A stretch of DNA of 64,000 nt from Octopus sinensis (taxonomy: Eukaryota). Shown piece by piece: positions 1 through 12,096 of this stretch. A program made the position numbers and the translations under genes. Position 1 is the first letter of the stretch. Each line of letters starts with the position of its first letter. The stretch is from assembly GCF_006345805.1 (NCBI RefSeq), contig NC_043021.1:24986001-25050000 (forward strand). The letters are read 5' to 3'. The notes under the pieces are model-generated. The model did not search any database. It had not been told where the DNA came from and saw nothing but the letters and a program-made list of their open reading frames with translations.

Positions 1-200
1 AACACGCCAGACAAACTACTTAGCGGCATTTCGTCCGTCTTTACGTTCTGAGTTCAAATTCCGCCGTAGTCTGGCTTTGCCTTTTATTCCTTCGGAGTCG
101 ATAAAATAAGAATCAGTTGAAGACTGGAGTCGATGTAATCGACTTACCCCCACCCACCCCAATTGCTGGCCTTGTGCCGAAATTTGAAATCATTATTAAT
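1..200 (+). mobile_element. tRNA-derived SINE, family A (cut by window start)
   Basis: B-box-like GAGTTCAAATTCC and tail ggccttgtgccgaaatttgaaa. Same family recurs many times in the window. Confidence 0.75.
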
Positions 201-875
201 CACCCCACCTCTTCTCTCTCTTTGAAAGATTTGTCCAGTGCTTAATCCATTAGAAACCACAAAAACAGTTGAAGAAATTTTGTCATAAGCCTGATCTTGA
301 TTTGACTGATATTCTTTTCGAGCAAGTTTCTTTCCACACAACAACATCAACTTCTCGAATTTTCTAATAACTAAGTAATTAACCTTTTGCCAATCCTGCA
401 CACACACACACACACACACACCAGCCACTGTCTCTCTGTCTCTTCCTTCTGTCTTTCCTACTGATATTACAATGGTCTCTACGACGCCATCTCTACTCCC
501 GTTATTCCAATCCCGTTAGTCTCTCCTCTTCTCTTTATCGATGTTGTGTTCAACTCCTCGAGTCTAACACCAATCCCTATGACCATCCCTTCCTAACAAT
601 TCCCCCTTCTGGAACTCCCGAACTCTCTTCCATTCATGCCTTTCCTGTAGGTGTTGACTTGCAACAGTTTAAACGGAATTCTAGCGACGCAAATCAAAAC
701 AGCCAGCAAAGGCCATGGGCACCGCCTCGTCTCCCGAATACATCAAGTTCTTCTGAATATCTGTTTTATTTCATTATGCATCAAAGATCTCTTGTTTTCT
801 TCAGAATTTCAGAATCAGACACAACGTCTATGGTTGTTCGAGTATAACAGCGACAAGTTAATTTATAAAATAATG

Positions 876-1082
876 CTTTCTAATTTTGACCCAAGGCCAG
901 TAATTTTAGGGGGGAGGAGTAAGTCGCTTGCATCGACCCCCAACTACTTTATTTTATCGACTCCAAAAAGATGAAAGGCGAAGTCGACTTCACCGTGATT
1001 TGAACTCTGAACGTAAAGAAGTCAGAAGAAGCCCCACCAAGCATTTTGTCCGACCTGCCAATGACTCTGCCTGCTCAATAAT
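876..1082 (-). mobile_element. SINE family A copy
   Basis: Reverse complement aligns with the 1-200 and 30072-30303 copies. Confidence 0.7.
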
Positions 1083-1181
1083 AATGGATTTATTGTAAAC
1101 AGTATTCAGGTACAATATGAGATGTCGGAAAAGGTAGAAGAGGAGATAGAAAGCAGCAATAAATCAAATAAAGACAGCATT

Positions 1182-1610
1182 GGGATCTTTTCGGGTTGAC
1201 CGGCAGTTTTTAACATAATTTCTAGGTAACTAAACACTTTTAAACTTCGTATACTGGTAGAATGTGTTTATAAAACATCTTTTTCTCTTGGCTTTATTGA
1301 GAAAATTCTATAATTTGTAAGATATTTGTTGTTATTTTTCTTCAATTTCTGCAATTTCAACCAATCAATGACGTCCATTGAGGTAAAAAAAAAACATTCT
1401 GTGCCGTATGAATATGTCCCTCGTTTAAGAAACAGATTGGGTTTATTTATATTTCTGAAGAAGAAAAAAAGATAGCCTTCCTCCACCCCTAACCAACCCT
1501 AACCCTAAAACAGATTGAAATGCAATAGATCGATACTAGGGTCATAATTATGGGTGACAATTTCATATGACACCGCTAGAAAAAACTGCCGTTCAAACCG
1601 GAAAGATCCC
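1182..1610. mobile_element. MITE with ~30-bp imperfect TIRs and 6-bp TSD (AGCATT)
   Basis: Left GGGATCTTTTCGGGTTGACCGGCAGTTTT; right AAAAACTGCCGTTCAAACCGGAAAGATCCC. AGCATT at 1176-1181 and 1611-1616. Confidence 0.85.
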
Positions 1611-2346
1611 AGCATTGTATGTTTACAGGACTCAGAATAAAACACAGACATAAAACTGAACATTGAAAGAACCATAACAAAACAAAAAAAAAAGTGTTCA
1701 CCGATAGGTCAGGAATAATGTTGGTCAGGAACAATGGAACTTGTGAAGGACGTGGTGTGCTGACGGATTACAACTGAAGCGAATAATGCTTCCATTGCTT
1801 CAAATAAATATTTGTTGTTCATAAACAGATACCCTACATATATCCTAAAATTAATGGCCTTGGGCCAAAATTAGAAAGAATTACTTTATGAATTACCTTC
1901 CCGCTGCTATGCTCGACCACTCACAGTCGATGTCTCTCTTGATCCTCAGATAATTTCTTTTTTTACTCGTAGGCGATACCCGACACGCCACCTCCATACA
2001 TCTCATTAAACGAATTACTAGTTCTGGGGAGACCCTCCCATAAGGTTTTCATAAGCGCGTCGCCTTAACAGCACTAAGTACATACACTCACGAAGGAAAC
2101 ATAATCCACAAGAAATCGTGTTCTTTATTCATAAAAAGCTTCACGTTTAAAACGTTCGTAAATTTATAAATGTAAAAAATAGCCAAATAATAAAGCTTAA
2201 TCTTATGGAACCCGGACGAGAGAAGTGAAATTGAAGCGCAGTCAAAGGGAGATAAACAAGTCCAACATGAGGAAGGGAAACAACTCAAAACAAATGATTC
2301 CTGGTATTGACGCAACAAATGGAATTTCGACAACTTAAAAAGAAAT

Positions 2347-2906
2347 AAGTAGTAGTAGTAGTAGTAGCAGCAGCAGTAGTAGTAGTAGTAGTGGTATTAG
2401 TAGTAGCAGCAGCAGTAGTAGTAGTAGTAGTAATAATAATAGCAGCAGCAGCAGCAGTAGTAGTAATAGTAGTAGTAGTAGCAACAGTAGTAGTAGTAGT
2501 AGCAGCAGCAGCAGTAGTAGTAATAGTAGTAGTAGTATAATAATAATAGCAGCAGCAGTAGTAGTAATAGTATAGTAGTAATAATAATAATAGCAGCAGC
2601 AGTAGTAGTAATAGTAGTAGTAGTAGTAGTAGCAGCAGCAGTAGTAGTAGTAGTAGCAGCAGCAGCAGCAGTAGTAGTAATAGTAGTAGTAGTAATAATA
2701 ATAATAGCAGCAGCAGTAGTAGTAATAGTAGTAGTAGTAGTAGTAGCAGCAGCAGTAGTAGTAGTAGCAGCAGCAGCAGTAGTAGTAATAGTAGTAGTAG
2801 TAATAATAATAATAGCAGCAGCAGTAGTAGTAATAGTAGTAGTAGTAGTAGTAGCAGCAGCAGTAGTAGTAATAGTAGTAGTAGCAGCAACAGTAGTAGT
2901 AGTAGT
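2347..2906. repeat. Compound trinucleotide microsatellite (AGT/AGC/AAT) with recurring higher-order blocks
   Basis: Directly visible; source of the poly-L/Y/T ORFs in the track. Confidence 0.95.
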
Positions 2907-3099
2907 CAATTTCTTCCCCATTCAATTTCATTTTCTGGCCTGTTAGATAGACTTGCTTCGCATTTTTTTTTTAATTTTCTCATTTAGAACTTTGTCCAGC
3001 TCCAAAATGTCCAATGTGCTGATGGTCATTAGCTGACACTCTACCAGAAGATTCAGTTCCACAATTACATACAAGCCTACCTCTTTTCATAGTCAGGGT

Positions 3100-3720
3100 G
3101 GCACACTTTACAATACCCTACACTCGGATGGAACAAATAAGTGTAGATTGTGTGGGAAGGTCGTTGGACAGCGTGGCACACATCGTGACGTGCCTGTGGC
3201 GTGCTTACACAGGGAGAATGTAAAAGACACCTCGATAAAGTGTGCTTATGCATCCACTGGTCTTTTCACAAGAAATATAGGTTTCTCATAGAAATAGTAC
3301 CGGCACAAACCAGAAAACGTTATAGAAAATCAGACTGTGAAGCTCTTGTGGGACTTCACATCCCAGACAAAGAGTTCTTGAACATACGAGACAAGGCATA
3401 ACTTTGGTGAAGAAAAGTACAGTATGGAGGTGTTTGTTGGTTGCTGTAGCTTGGCCGGAAGATCATTATATCAATGATAAAGGAAACCAGGAAAGTCGTA
3501 AAATATTCAGAGTTGAGAATTGATGTGGAGAGAATGTGGAATATGAAAGTAAGAATGGTACCAATTGTGACTGAAACATTTGGGTTCGTGACGAAAAGCC
3601 TCCAGAAACACTTTTGGCACGACTGGAATCTGTCACGGCATTACGACATTGCAAAAGACAACGATTTGAGGAATTGAAAATATTCTGTGGAGTGCAAAGT
3701 CTTTCTGAGGTTGCATGATT
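3100..3720 (+). mobile_element. Degenerate R4/Dong-like non-LTR element, C-terminal CCHC plus restriction-like endonuclease region
   Basis: Frame-hopping translation CRLCGK...H...HKPENVIENQTVKLLWDF...KYSELRIDVERMWNMKVRMVPIV is typical of REL-domain LINEs. Confidence 0.7.
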
Positions 3721-4719
3721 TGATAGGGAGCCAAACAATCCAATGTTAACAGAAGCATTACTATGCAGATGAAGGAATAATAAGGAACTCTGCCTCTCTC
3801 TCTCTGGCGATCTTCCATGCTGATCTCAGTTGAGCGACATGACCACAATAGCATCTAAAAGTGTCCCCTTCGTCTTCAAAATCAGAAAATATTCCAGCAC
3901 AGAACTGTTGTTAAAAGCTCTTCAGGTATTAAGTCACATCGAAATGTTACACATCTGGTTCAGCTTCGTTACGACACAGAAATATTTAAGACAATATTCT
4001 TCCACACTATCCAGGTGTCTTGATTGGTTACTAATTGTACAATAATCATTAGTCTACGAGCCAACGGGTCGCTCACCTTGTTAGAAATAACAACCAAATC
4101 TCTCTCAAATCCAACCCTGTAAAATGAAGGATGCATTTATTATGTACTTCTGCATGCCCAAAAAAGATGAGATGGTCACGGAAGGGATGCCTTTCTTGAT
4201 AGGTTCGCTCGATCAGGATTAAACAATAGTTCTCTACAATCCTAAGTCTCCAGACACGCTCTTTCCTCTTAATGTTCCTCGCAACTTGTTCCTCACATTC
4301 TGTTCTCAATTCCTGTCCAAAATTCTTCGATGCTTCTTGGCCTTCTTTAAGTAAGGGAGATAACTCACACACCACGGATTTAAGGAAACTAGAATCACAT
4401 CAAATTTTCACTTTATAACCCCTATGAAACCCCGTACTAAATAGTTGGTTTCTTCTTGTTCAGAATTGTAACATCCTGGGACATTCGCCTACTGATGTCC
4501 AAGTCTAGAATTCACACTGACCTCACCAGCCAGTAGAGAATGTTAATGGACCACTCTCTCTTGGACTAACCGACAAACAACATATTGTGATACTCTTTAA
4601 ACTCTTTTCACTGCGACTCCAATGTCAATTGATTAATTAGGATATATTGCATTTTTGTTTCTTGCTGAAGGCGTCCCTGGTCACCCGCTCCTTGCCCGCG
4701 CTTGTCTTCCTTTTAAGTT

Positions 4720-5040
4720 ATCACCCACTTCGATCATGAATGACCATGGGATTGCACCTAGAAAGTTACCCTCCGAGGCACAAGTCCGGGCAGGGCTGTT
4801 TATGGAAAACCAGCAGTTGCCCACGCATACCAGCCTCCCCTCTCCACGATGTTATCCAAGGGAAAGGCAAAGGGGCCGATACAGCTTGGCACCAGTGATG
4901 TCGCAGCTCATTTCTACAGTTGAGTGGACTGGAGCAACGTGAAATAAAGTGTCTTGTTCAAGAACGCAACACAGCTTGGTCCGGGAATCGAACTCACAAC
5001 CTCACGATCGTAAGCTCGACGCTCTAATCACTGAGCCATA
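4720..5040 (-). mobile_element. tRNA-headed SINE with CORE-like middle (caagacactttatttcacgttgctccagtccactca)
   Basis: Reverse complement shows A box TGGCTCAGTGA and B box GAGTTCGATTCC. Related copies at 14100-14400 (+) and 43300-43510 (-). Confidence 0.7.
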
Positions 5041-5075
5041 TATATATATATATACACAAACATATACATACATAT

Positions 5076-5374
5076 ATCATGATCACGTGACCGACCAGAC
5101 CATCAGATGTTGCTACACATCGCTGGTCACAATGCGTTTGCATTGTTTTAGCCTTCGAATGACGCCACCCCGCTGGCTAAGCGAGCAGGCCAACAGAAGA
5201 AAGAGTGAGAGAAAGAGTGGTGAAAGAGTACAGCAGGGATCACCCCCCCCCCCTGCCGGAGCCTCGTGGAACGTTTTCGCTCAATAAACACTCACAACGC
5301 CCGGTCTAGGAATCGAAACCGCGATCCTACGACCGCGAGTCCGCTGCCCTAACCACTAGGCCATTGCGCCTCCA
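5076..5374 (-). mobile_element. tRNA-derived SINE family F (apparently full length) with RTE-like tail
   Basis: A box TGGCCTAGTGG, B box GGTTTCGATTCC. Tail ggtctggtcggtcacgtgatcatgat in a TA tract. Truncated second copy at 29864-30024. Confidence 0.85.
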
Positions 5375-6029
5375 CACATACATATATACATTTGCATAAA
5401 TATCATCATCATCGTCATCATCATTTAACATCTGTTTTCCATGCAGACATGGGTTGGACAGTTTGACAGGAGCTGTCCAGGTGAAGGGCTGTTCAGGCTC
5501 CATGTCTGCTTTGGCATAGTTTCTACGGCTGAATACCCTTCCTAACACCAACTACTTTACAGAGTGTACTGGGTGCTTTTTGCATGCCACCAGCACAGGT
5601 GCTTTTTATGTGACACCAGCACCTACGAACCCATGAGATTAGGGATACTCAACTAGAGAGGATTTGAGGGGATGAGCCTGTATGCAAGGTCAACATTGTT
5701 TTTACTTAGCTTGACATGTCTTTCCAAGCATGGCAAACCACCCAGAGTCTCAGTCCCCCATCATCCCGTCTGTAAGTCCCAACATCTGTAGATCCTTTCT
5801 AACCACTTTGTCCTGTGTCTTCCTGGGTCTACCCTTTCCACATGTTCCCCCCACAATTAGAGATCGACACCTCTTGATGCAGCTGTCTTCATTCATATGC
5901 ATTACATGGTTAAACCAAAGCAGTATTCTCTCTTGCACACAATATCTGGCATTGTGTGTATATACATATACATATATATATATATATATGTATGTATGTA
6001 TGTATGTATGCATACATGCATGTACGTGT

Positions 6030-6584
6030 GTCAGGCCACTTTCGAGTGCTACTGGTAACATGTAACCCAGTATAACCTGTTGCATGGTCGGGTCATCAGC
6101 GACTAAACCGGCAACCCTATCAAGCTTGCTTGGTGAGGAGGGTGTTTATTGGACACCCTGCAGGATGAAAAACAAAACCTGTCAAAGGGCGGAGGAACTC
6201 TTGAGAGTCAACAGCCATCCAATAAATGTCTTAAGGCTGTATCATGCGCGGGGACATAGAAATAATCGGACTGAATACCCGATTGCGCAGTTAAACCATT
6301 GGGAGTGAAGGACTCCTAGCCTTTGTTAGGGCATCCTTCTAGGAGAAGGTAACTCAGGTAACTGGGATAACTCCGACATAAAACCTGCGGCTCAGTGGTT
6401 ACCGATGATGTTGACTTGTTCTTCTTTTCGGATTATGGCTGCTGTTGCTTAGTGAGTGGGATTGACTCAGTGCACAGCCTTTCCTCACTTCAAAAAAAAT
6501 CTTCTTGCACAGGCATTGCATGATAACAACATTGATTAAGCTTCGTGCAATGACCATACTCGATAACGAGGGGGCAACCACCAT
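6030..6584 (+). mobile_element. Non-autonomous RTE-derived element ending in an RTE 3' tail plus (GTAT)n
   Basis: Last ~45 nt (aagcttcgtgcaatgaccatactcgataacgagggggcaacca) match the 3' end of the RTE at 12990-13921. Second copy inverted at 14578-15078. Confidence 0.7.
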
Positions 6585-6649
6585 GTATGTATGTATATAT
6601 GTATGTACATACGTACATATGTACGTATGCACGTATACACACACATGCA

Positions 6650-7305
6650 TGCACACGCTGTGCAGTCAGGCTAAATTTGACATTTTGCATGACAAGGATA
6701 GAAAACACAGTTGCCCATCCAAAAATAAAAGTATTTTTTAAAAAATCAAAAAAATATCAACAAGATTATGGCTGAGAGATAAAAGTTTTCCCAAAGTAGC
6801 CACGCTCAGCTTCCACCATGACCTCAAGACAGCTCTGGAACCTGGCATGTCTGTTATTCCCTCTGTGCCTGGGAAGATCTTTGAACACCTCTTTGATCTT
6901 CACCATTAGTTCAGTTGTGGTGTTGCAAGCAGTGTGGTTGGTGTTTTTCTCAACTGCAGCCCCCACACTCTAATCCATGGCATTAAAAAGCAAGGGAATT
7001 AAGAGGCCAGAAATTTGGGTTGGTGAAGATGTAGAAATTCTCTGACAAACACTTCTAACTCTTTCTGGAGGTATGGCAAGGAGCCAAATCCTGCTGCCAC
7101 ACATATGGCCTTCCAGCAACAACTCTCTCCAGCTACAGTTTGACCAATTTCTAGCAGCCTCACATGGCTGTATGAATTGAGCCTGAGGCCCTTCTCAAAG
7201 ATATGGGGGCGAATTCTGGTATGTGGATACAGTCAGAGCACTTGCTGTGTCCCTTCCGACGACTTCACAGTCTCAGTTGCGTCTATCCAAATCACACCTT
7301 AGTTT
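6650..7305 (-). mobile_element. Degenerate Tc1/mariner (maT/DD37D-like) transposase relic
   Basis: WLERVVAGRPYVWQQDLAPCHTSRKS...NTACNTTTELMVKIKEVF, with stops. Confidence 0.7.
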
Positions 7306-7535
7306 TTACAGTATCCAAAGATGATTGAACAGCAGCCATGATGTCAGCATTTTGACACCTGTGCAAATCATCAAGAAACAGGTAACTCTTTTCCAATAAG
7401 ATGACTTCCATTCAGTTAACTTTTTCTCTTCTATGACTTTCATCTTTATTCCCTCCAACAACTGTGTATGAAGCTGTTCCAGATAAAAGGACGCATAAAA
7501 AATTGTCAAATTTAGCTCAAACACCCTGTGTGTGT

Positions 7536-7593
<58 letters not shown>

Positions 7594-7670
7594 GTATGTA
7601 TGTATGTATGTAAGTATGTATGTATGAATGTATATATGTATGTATGTATCTATGTATGTATGTATGTATG

Positions 7671-8202
7671 TATAAAGATTATAAGACAATAGAGATATAC
7701 AACTGACATGTTTTAAATTCAATTTATTGACATTAGATTATAATAATACTATATCATGATATAATATAATAAATAAAAATACAAAAACAAATATTAGTCA
7801 TACAAGTTGTTTCGATTCCTACCCAATAATGAATTTATAAAAAAATTCATTATTGGGTAGGAATCTCATCAGGGTGCTATTTGCCAAAACACTGACAACA
7901 ATTACATGTAAGGATTCTATTCATAGCCTATTCTGTGATTTAACAACCCTTACATGTAATTTTTGTTTTTTTTTTTTTTTTTTTTTGGCAAATATCACCC
8001 TGATGAGATTCATACCCCTAAACATGAATTTTTTATAAATTCATTATTGGGTAGGAATCGAAACAACTTGTAGGACTAATATTTGTTTTTGTATTTTTAT
8101 TTATTATATTATATCATGATATAGTATTATTATAATCTAATGTCAATAAATTGAATTTAAAACATGTCAGTTGTATATCTCTATTGTCTTATAATCTTTA
8201 TA
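7671..8202. repeat. ~530-bp foldback (long inverted repeat), MITE-like
   Basis: 7671-7850 pairs with 8024-8202 with about one substitution and one indel. Inner stems 7867-7890/7983-8007 and 7901-7913/7948-7960. Confidence 0.92.
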
Positions 8203-8270
8203 CATACATACATACATACATACATACATACATACATACATACATACATACATACAAACATACATACATA

Positions 8271-9640
8271 ATGGCCGTCCACTCGTGACTGAGGAAGACC
8301 ATTGCCGACCTTCAGGAACATTGTGCACTCTAGGACTAACTTATATTTTGCATTTGCGGCTCCGTTGGTGGCTAATGAGCCCTGCTCTTGACAAGCATAT
8401 ACGTCTGCAAACATTGCAGACCCAGCTTTCCCCATTCACTATACGAGTCATGCGCTTTCGCGCAGCTCGCTTAAGTTCTTCATTCTGGATACTTGCCCTC
8501 TCAAAACTGTCGACCCCTCTTTAACCTGCTTCCTCCATCTGTGGCGATGACAGGCATTGCTCTCCCATTCAGGCTCCTGCATACCACAGACCTTTAATGA
8601 GGACTCGATACAGTCCTTAAATCGCAGCCTTGGTTTCTGCCGGAGTCTCCTTCCATTCACAAGTTCTCCATAGAGCATCTGCTTAGGGATCCTGCTATCC
8701 TTCATTCTAATAAGGTGTCCAGTTCAACGTAACTGGTGCTTGTGCACCATCGCCCCAATACTCAAGATATCAGCTGTCCTCACGACCTGTGTGTCTGGAA
8801 TTTTTGAGGTCAGCCAACATTCAGAATGTGTCTGAGGCATCTCTGATGAAAGCATTCAAGGACACTTACATGACGTCTGTAAAGCGTCCATGTCTCGCAT
8901 GAGTTAAGAAGTGATGTCAATACAGATGCACGGTACACAGCAATTTTTGTTCTCCTTGCGATGCCATGTTGGGACCAGACACGAGACTGAAGAGACCAGA
9001 AGGAATTAGTTGCTCTCTGCAACCTGAAAGATATTTCCTCATCCAGGGAGCAAGAACGGCTGAGTGTGCTGCCCAGGTAGACAAACTTGTCTGCTACATT
9101 CAGAATTGTTCCTTCAACCAAGATAGCTGGTTCCATATATGGATTTCCTGGTGCAGGCTGGAACATTACAACAGTCTTGTCCAGGCTAATGCTGAGTCCA
9201 AATGCCCTGCAAGAAGCAGAAATGCAATTCATGAGTATTTGCATGTCATCCACTGTATGAGTGACTAAGTCACAGTCATCTGCATAAAGGAGGTCACGAA
9301 TAATAGACTGGGAAACCTTTGAATTGGCAGCAAATCAGCGAAGATTAAAGAGGCGGCCAGAAGATCGATATCTGACATATATTCCCAGAGAGCTAACCTT
9401 AGCAAAAGCATGAGTAAAAGCAGCAGCAAAGTACAAAGAAAAGAGAGTTGGGGCAAGGATGTCACCCTACTTGACACCATTCTCTACAGGAATAGGTCCC
9501 ACCATGGCACCACCAACATTGACCCAAGCCTCCATCCCATCATGAAATGATTTAATTAGATACAAAGTGATCTGGACATCCAAGTTTGCCAAGTATTTTC
9601 CATAGAAAGGCCCTATTTACAGTATCAAAGGCCTTTGTTA
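8271..9640 (-). mobile_element. RTE-clade LINE, 5'-truncated and degenerate (RT C-half, single C2H2-like finger, (GTAT)n tail)
   Basis: LLYADD, DKFVYLGSTLS, CETWTLYRRH, MKDSRIPKQMLYGEL and CNVCRRICLSRAGLISHQRS motifs, with frameshifts and stops. Confidence 0.9.
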
Positions 9641-9654
9641 CATACATACATACA

Positions 9655-11471
9655 TGCAGGTGATGAAAGTTATGGAGAGGGTCATACCACAACTAATTAG
9701 GGAGAGATTTAGTTTAAATGAGATGCAGTTTGGTTTTGTGCCAGGGAGAAACATGGCTGATGCTATATTTCTGGTAAGACGGCTTCAGGAGAAATGCCTA
9801 GCCAAAGATAAACCTCTGTATTTGGCTTTTGTTGACTTTGAGAAAGCCTTTGACAGGGTCCCCTGATCCCTTATCTGGTGGTCAATGTGAAAACTAGGGA
9901 TAGACGAGTGGTTGGTGAGAGCTGTACAAGCAATGTCCAGGGATGCTGTCTGTAAGGTGAGGGTTGGCAATGAGTGTAGTGGAGAATTCAGGGTAGAAGT
10001 AGGGGTTCACAAAGAATCAGTCCTCAGCCCCCTCTTTTTTATCATGATTCTCCAGGCAATAATAGAGGAATCCAAGACAGGCTGCCACTGGGAGATCCTC
10101 TATGCTGATGACTTTGCTCTTATAGCTGAATCACTACCAGAACTAGAAGAAGTTCCAGGTATGGAAGCAAGGTCTAGAATTGAAGGGCCTTGAACCAAAG
10201 TCTTAGTAAGTAGGAACACAGACAAATCACAAATCTCTTCAGGTAAATGGCCCTGCTTGATCTGTTGAAAAGACATAGGTAGAATCTACATAAGATGTAC
10301 CTGGTGTAAGCTATGGATCCATAAGAGGTGCATCAATATCAGAGGAAGGTTAACAGGGAAAATAGTTTTTGTGTGTGAAAGATGCAAAGGTACAATTAAC
10401 ACTAAAAATGTACAGAAAATGGATTCTATCAGATGCCAGTAGGGAAAACTAGAAGCAGTCAATAGCTTCCATTACCTAGGTGACCAGGTCAGTAACAGGG
10501 GTCGATGCTCTGAAAGCATAGCTGCTAGAATAAAAATAGGCTGGGCAAAGTTCAGAGAGCTCCTACCTCTGCTAGTAACAAAGGGCCTCTTGCTCAAAGT
10601 GAAAGGCAAATTGTATGATGCCTGTGTGCAAACAGCCATGCTACACAGCATTGAAACATGGGCTGTGATTGCTGAGGACATGTGCAGGCTTCTAAAAAAT
10701 GAAGCTAGTATGCCCCACTGGATGTGTAATGTCAGTGTGCATACACGACAGAGTGTAAGTACCCTGAGAGAAAAGTTGGGCATAAGAGGCATCAGATGTG
10801 GTGTGCAAAAGAGATGACTGTACCGGTGTGGTCATATGATGTGTATAGATAAGGACAGTTGTGTGAAAAAGTGCACTCTAATGGTGGAGGGAACCATTAG
10901 ACCCAGGAAGACACAGGATGAGGTGGTGAAACAGTCTCCAAATGTTGAGCTACACAGAGGCAATGACAAGTGACTGAGACCTTTGGCAATATGCCTGAGA
11001 AGACCCGTCAAGCCAAGTGGAACCATAGTCATGGCCAATGCCAGTGTCACATAACTGGCTTGTTAAAAACACCCTTCAAATATTGGGTGATATGCTGTGC
11101 CTGTAAAGAGCTGTCCAGCCAAGTAAAATCATAGCCATGGCCGATGACAGTGCTGTCTGACTGGTACTCATGCCAGTGGTACGTAAAAACACCGTTTGAG
11201 CGTTGGGCCTCATGGAAGTAGTGATGGGTGACCAAGACCTTTGGCAACACACCATGCTTGTGTAGACCTTTCAAACCAAGTGAGACCATAGCCATGGCCA
11301 ATGCTGGCGTCAGGTCAATGGCACATAAAAAACGCCCACTACACTCTTGGAGTGATTGGCGTTGGGAAAGGCATCCAGTCGTAGAAACCTTCCCAAATCA
11401 GATCAGAACCTTATGCAGCTCCAACCCATGCCAGCATGGAAATGGATGTTAAATGATGATGATGATGATGA
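9655..11471 (+). mobile_element. Second RTE-like LINE family, 5'-truncated, with PHD-like insert in the RT region, repetitive 3' UTR and (GAT)n tail
   Basis: QFGFVPGR, FVDFEKAFDRVP, ILYADD and LHSIETWAV motifs. Ends ccatgccagcatggaaatggatgttaaatgatgatgat. Confidence 0.9.
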
Positions 11472-11477
11472 TATATA

Positions 11478-11513
<36 letters not shown>

Positions 11514-11991
11514 AATCGCTAGCTTCTGCACGCATTTTTTTTCTCTCCTTGTTTCTCTCCGTGTTTCTTTTCTGTGTATCTTTCTGTTGAAGAGCGTAGG
11601 CTCAAAACGTAAAAGACTTGTTTTATTTATATTCCTGAGTGCCATACTAATACAATTGTTTGTTTGTACTCCACCTGCCTTCGTCTTTTGTTTATTTTCA
11701 TAAAGCTTCCCATTATATATATATATGATATATATGTATGACCATGTGACTGCACGTGTATCGTTGGTGATTTTCTTTCTCCGTCTTCCCTTCCTTGGAT
11801 CTTTCCTTTTTCTATATTTCTGACAAAGAGTTCTGCTTTAAACATTAAATCCTCATCCTTTCTTTCCTTCCCTGAGCGTCCAGTAACACTATACTTGTTC
11901 CACATCCTCGTGTTGTTGTGTTTTCTCTTTGTGTTTTCATGTTTGGATTAACTATACATATATACATATATATGTATATATATATATATAC

Positions 11992-12024
<33 letters not shown>

Positions 12025-12096
12025 GTATGTATGTATGTATGTATGTATGTATGTATGCATATAGCAAGATAGAGAGAGAGATAGAGAGAGAAAGAG

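Noticed and set aside
430-830. Possible CR1/Jockey-like LINE 3' relic (NSLP...FP...LQQFKRN), with a similar relic at 3780-4030
   Set aside because: Too degenerate to classify confidently.
1880-2340. Possible Helitron or host exon remnants on the minus strand
   Set aside because: Motif resemblance is too weak, with stops in all frames.
2285-2931. Poly-Leu/Tyr/Thr ORFs
   Set aside because: Trinucleotide microsatellite.
5300-5374. tRNA-like sequence with A and B boxes (also at 30072, 41790 and others)
   Set aside because: These are SINE heads followed by SINE bodies; no complete cloverleaf is evident.
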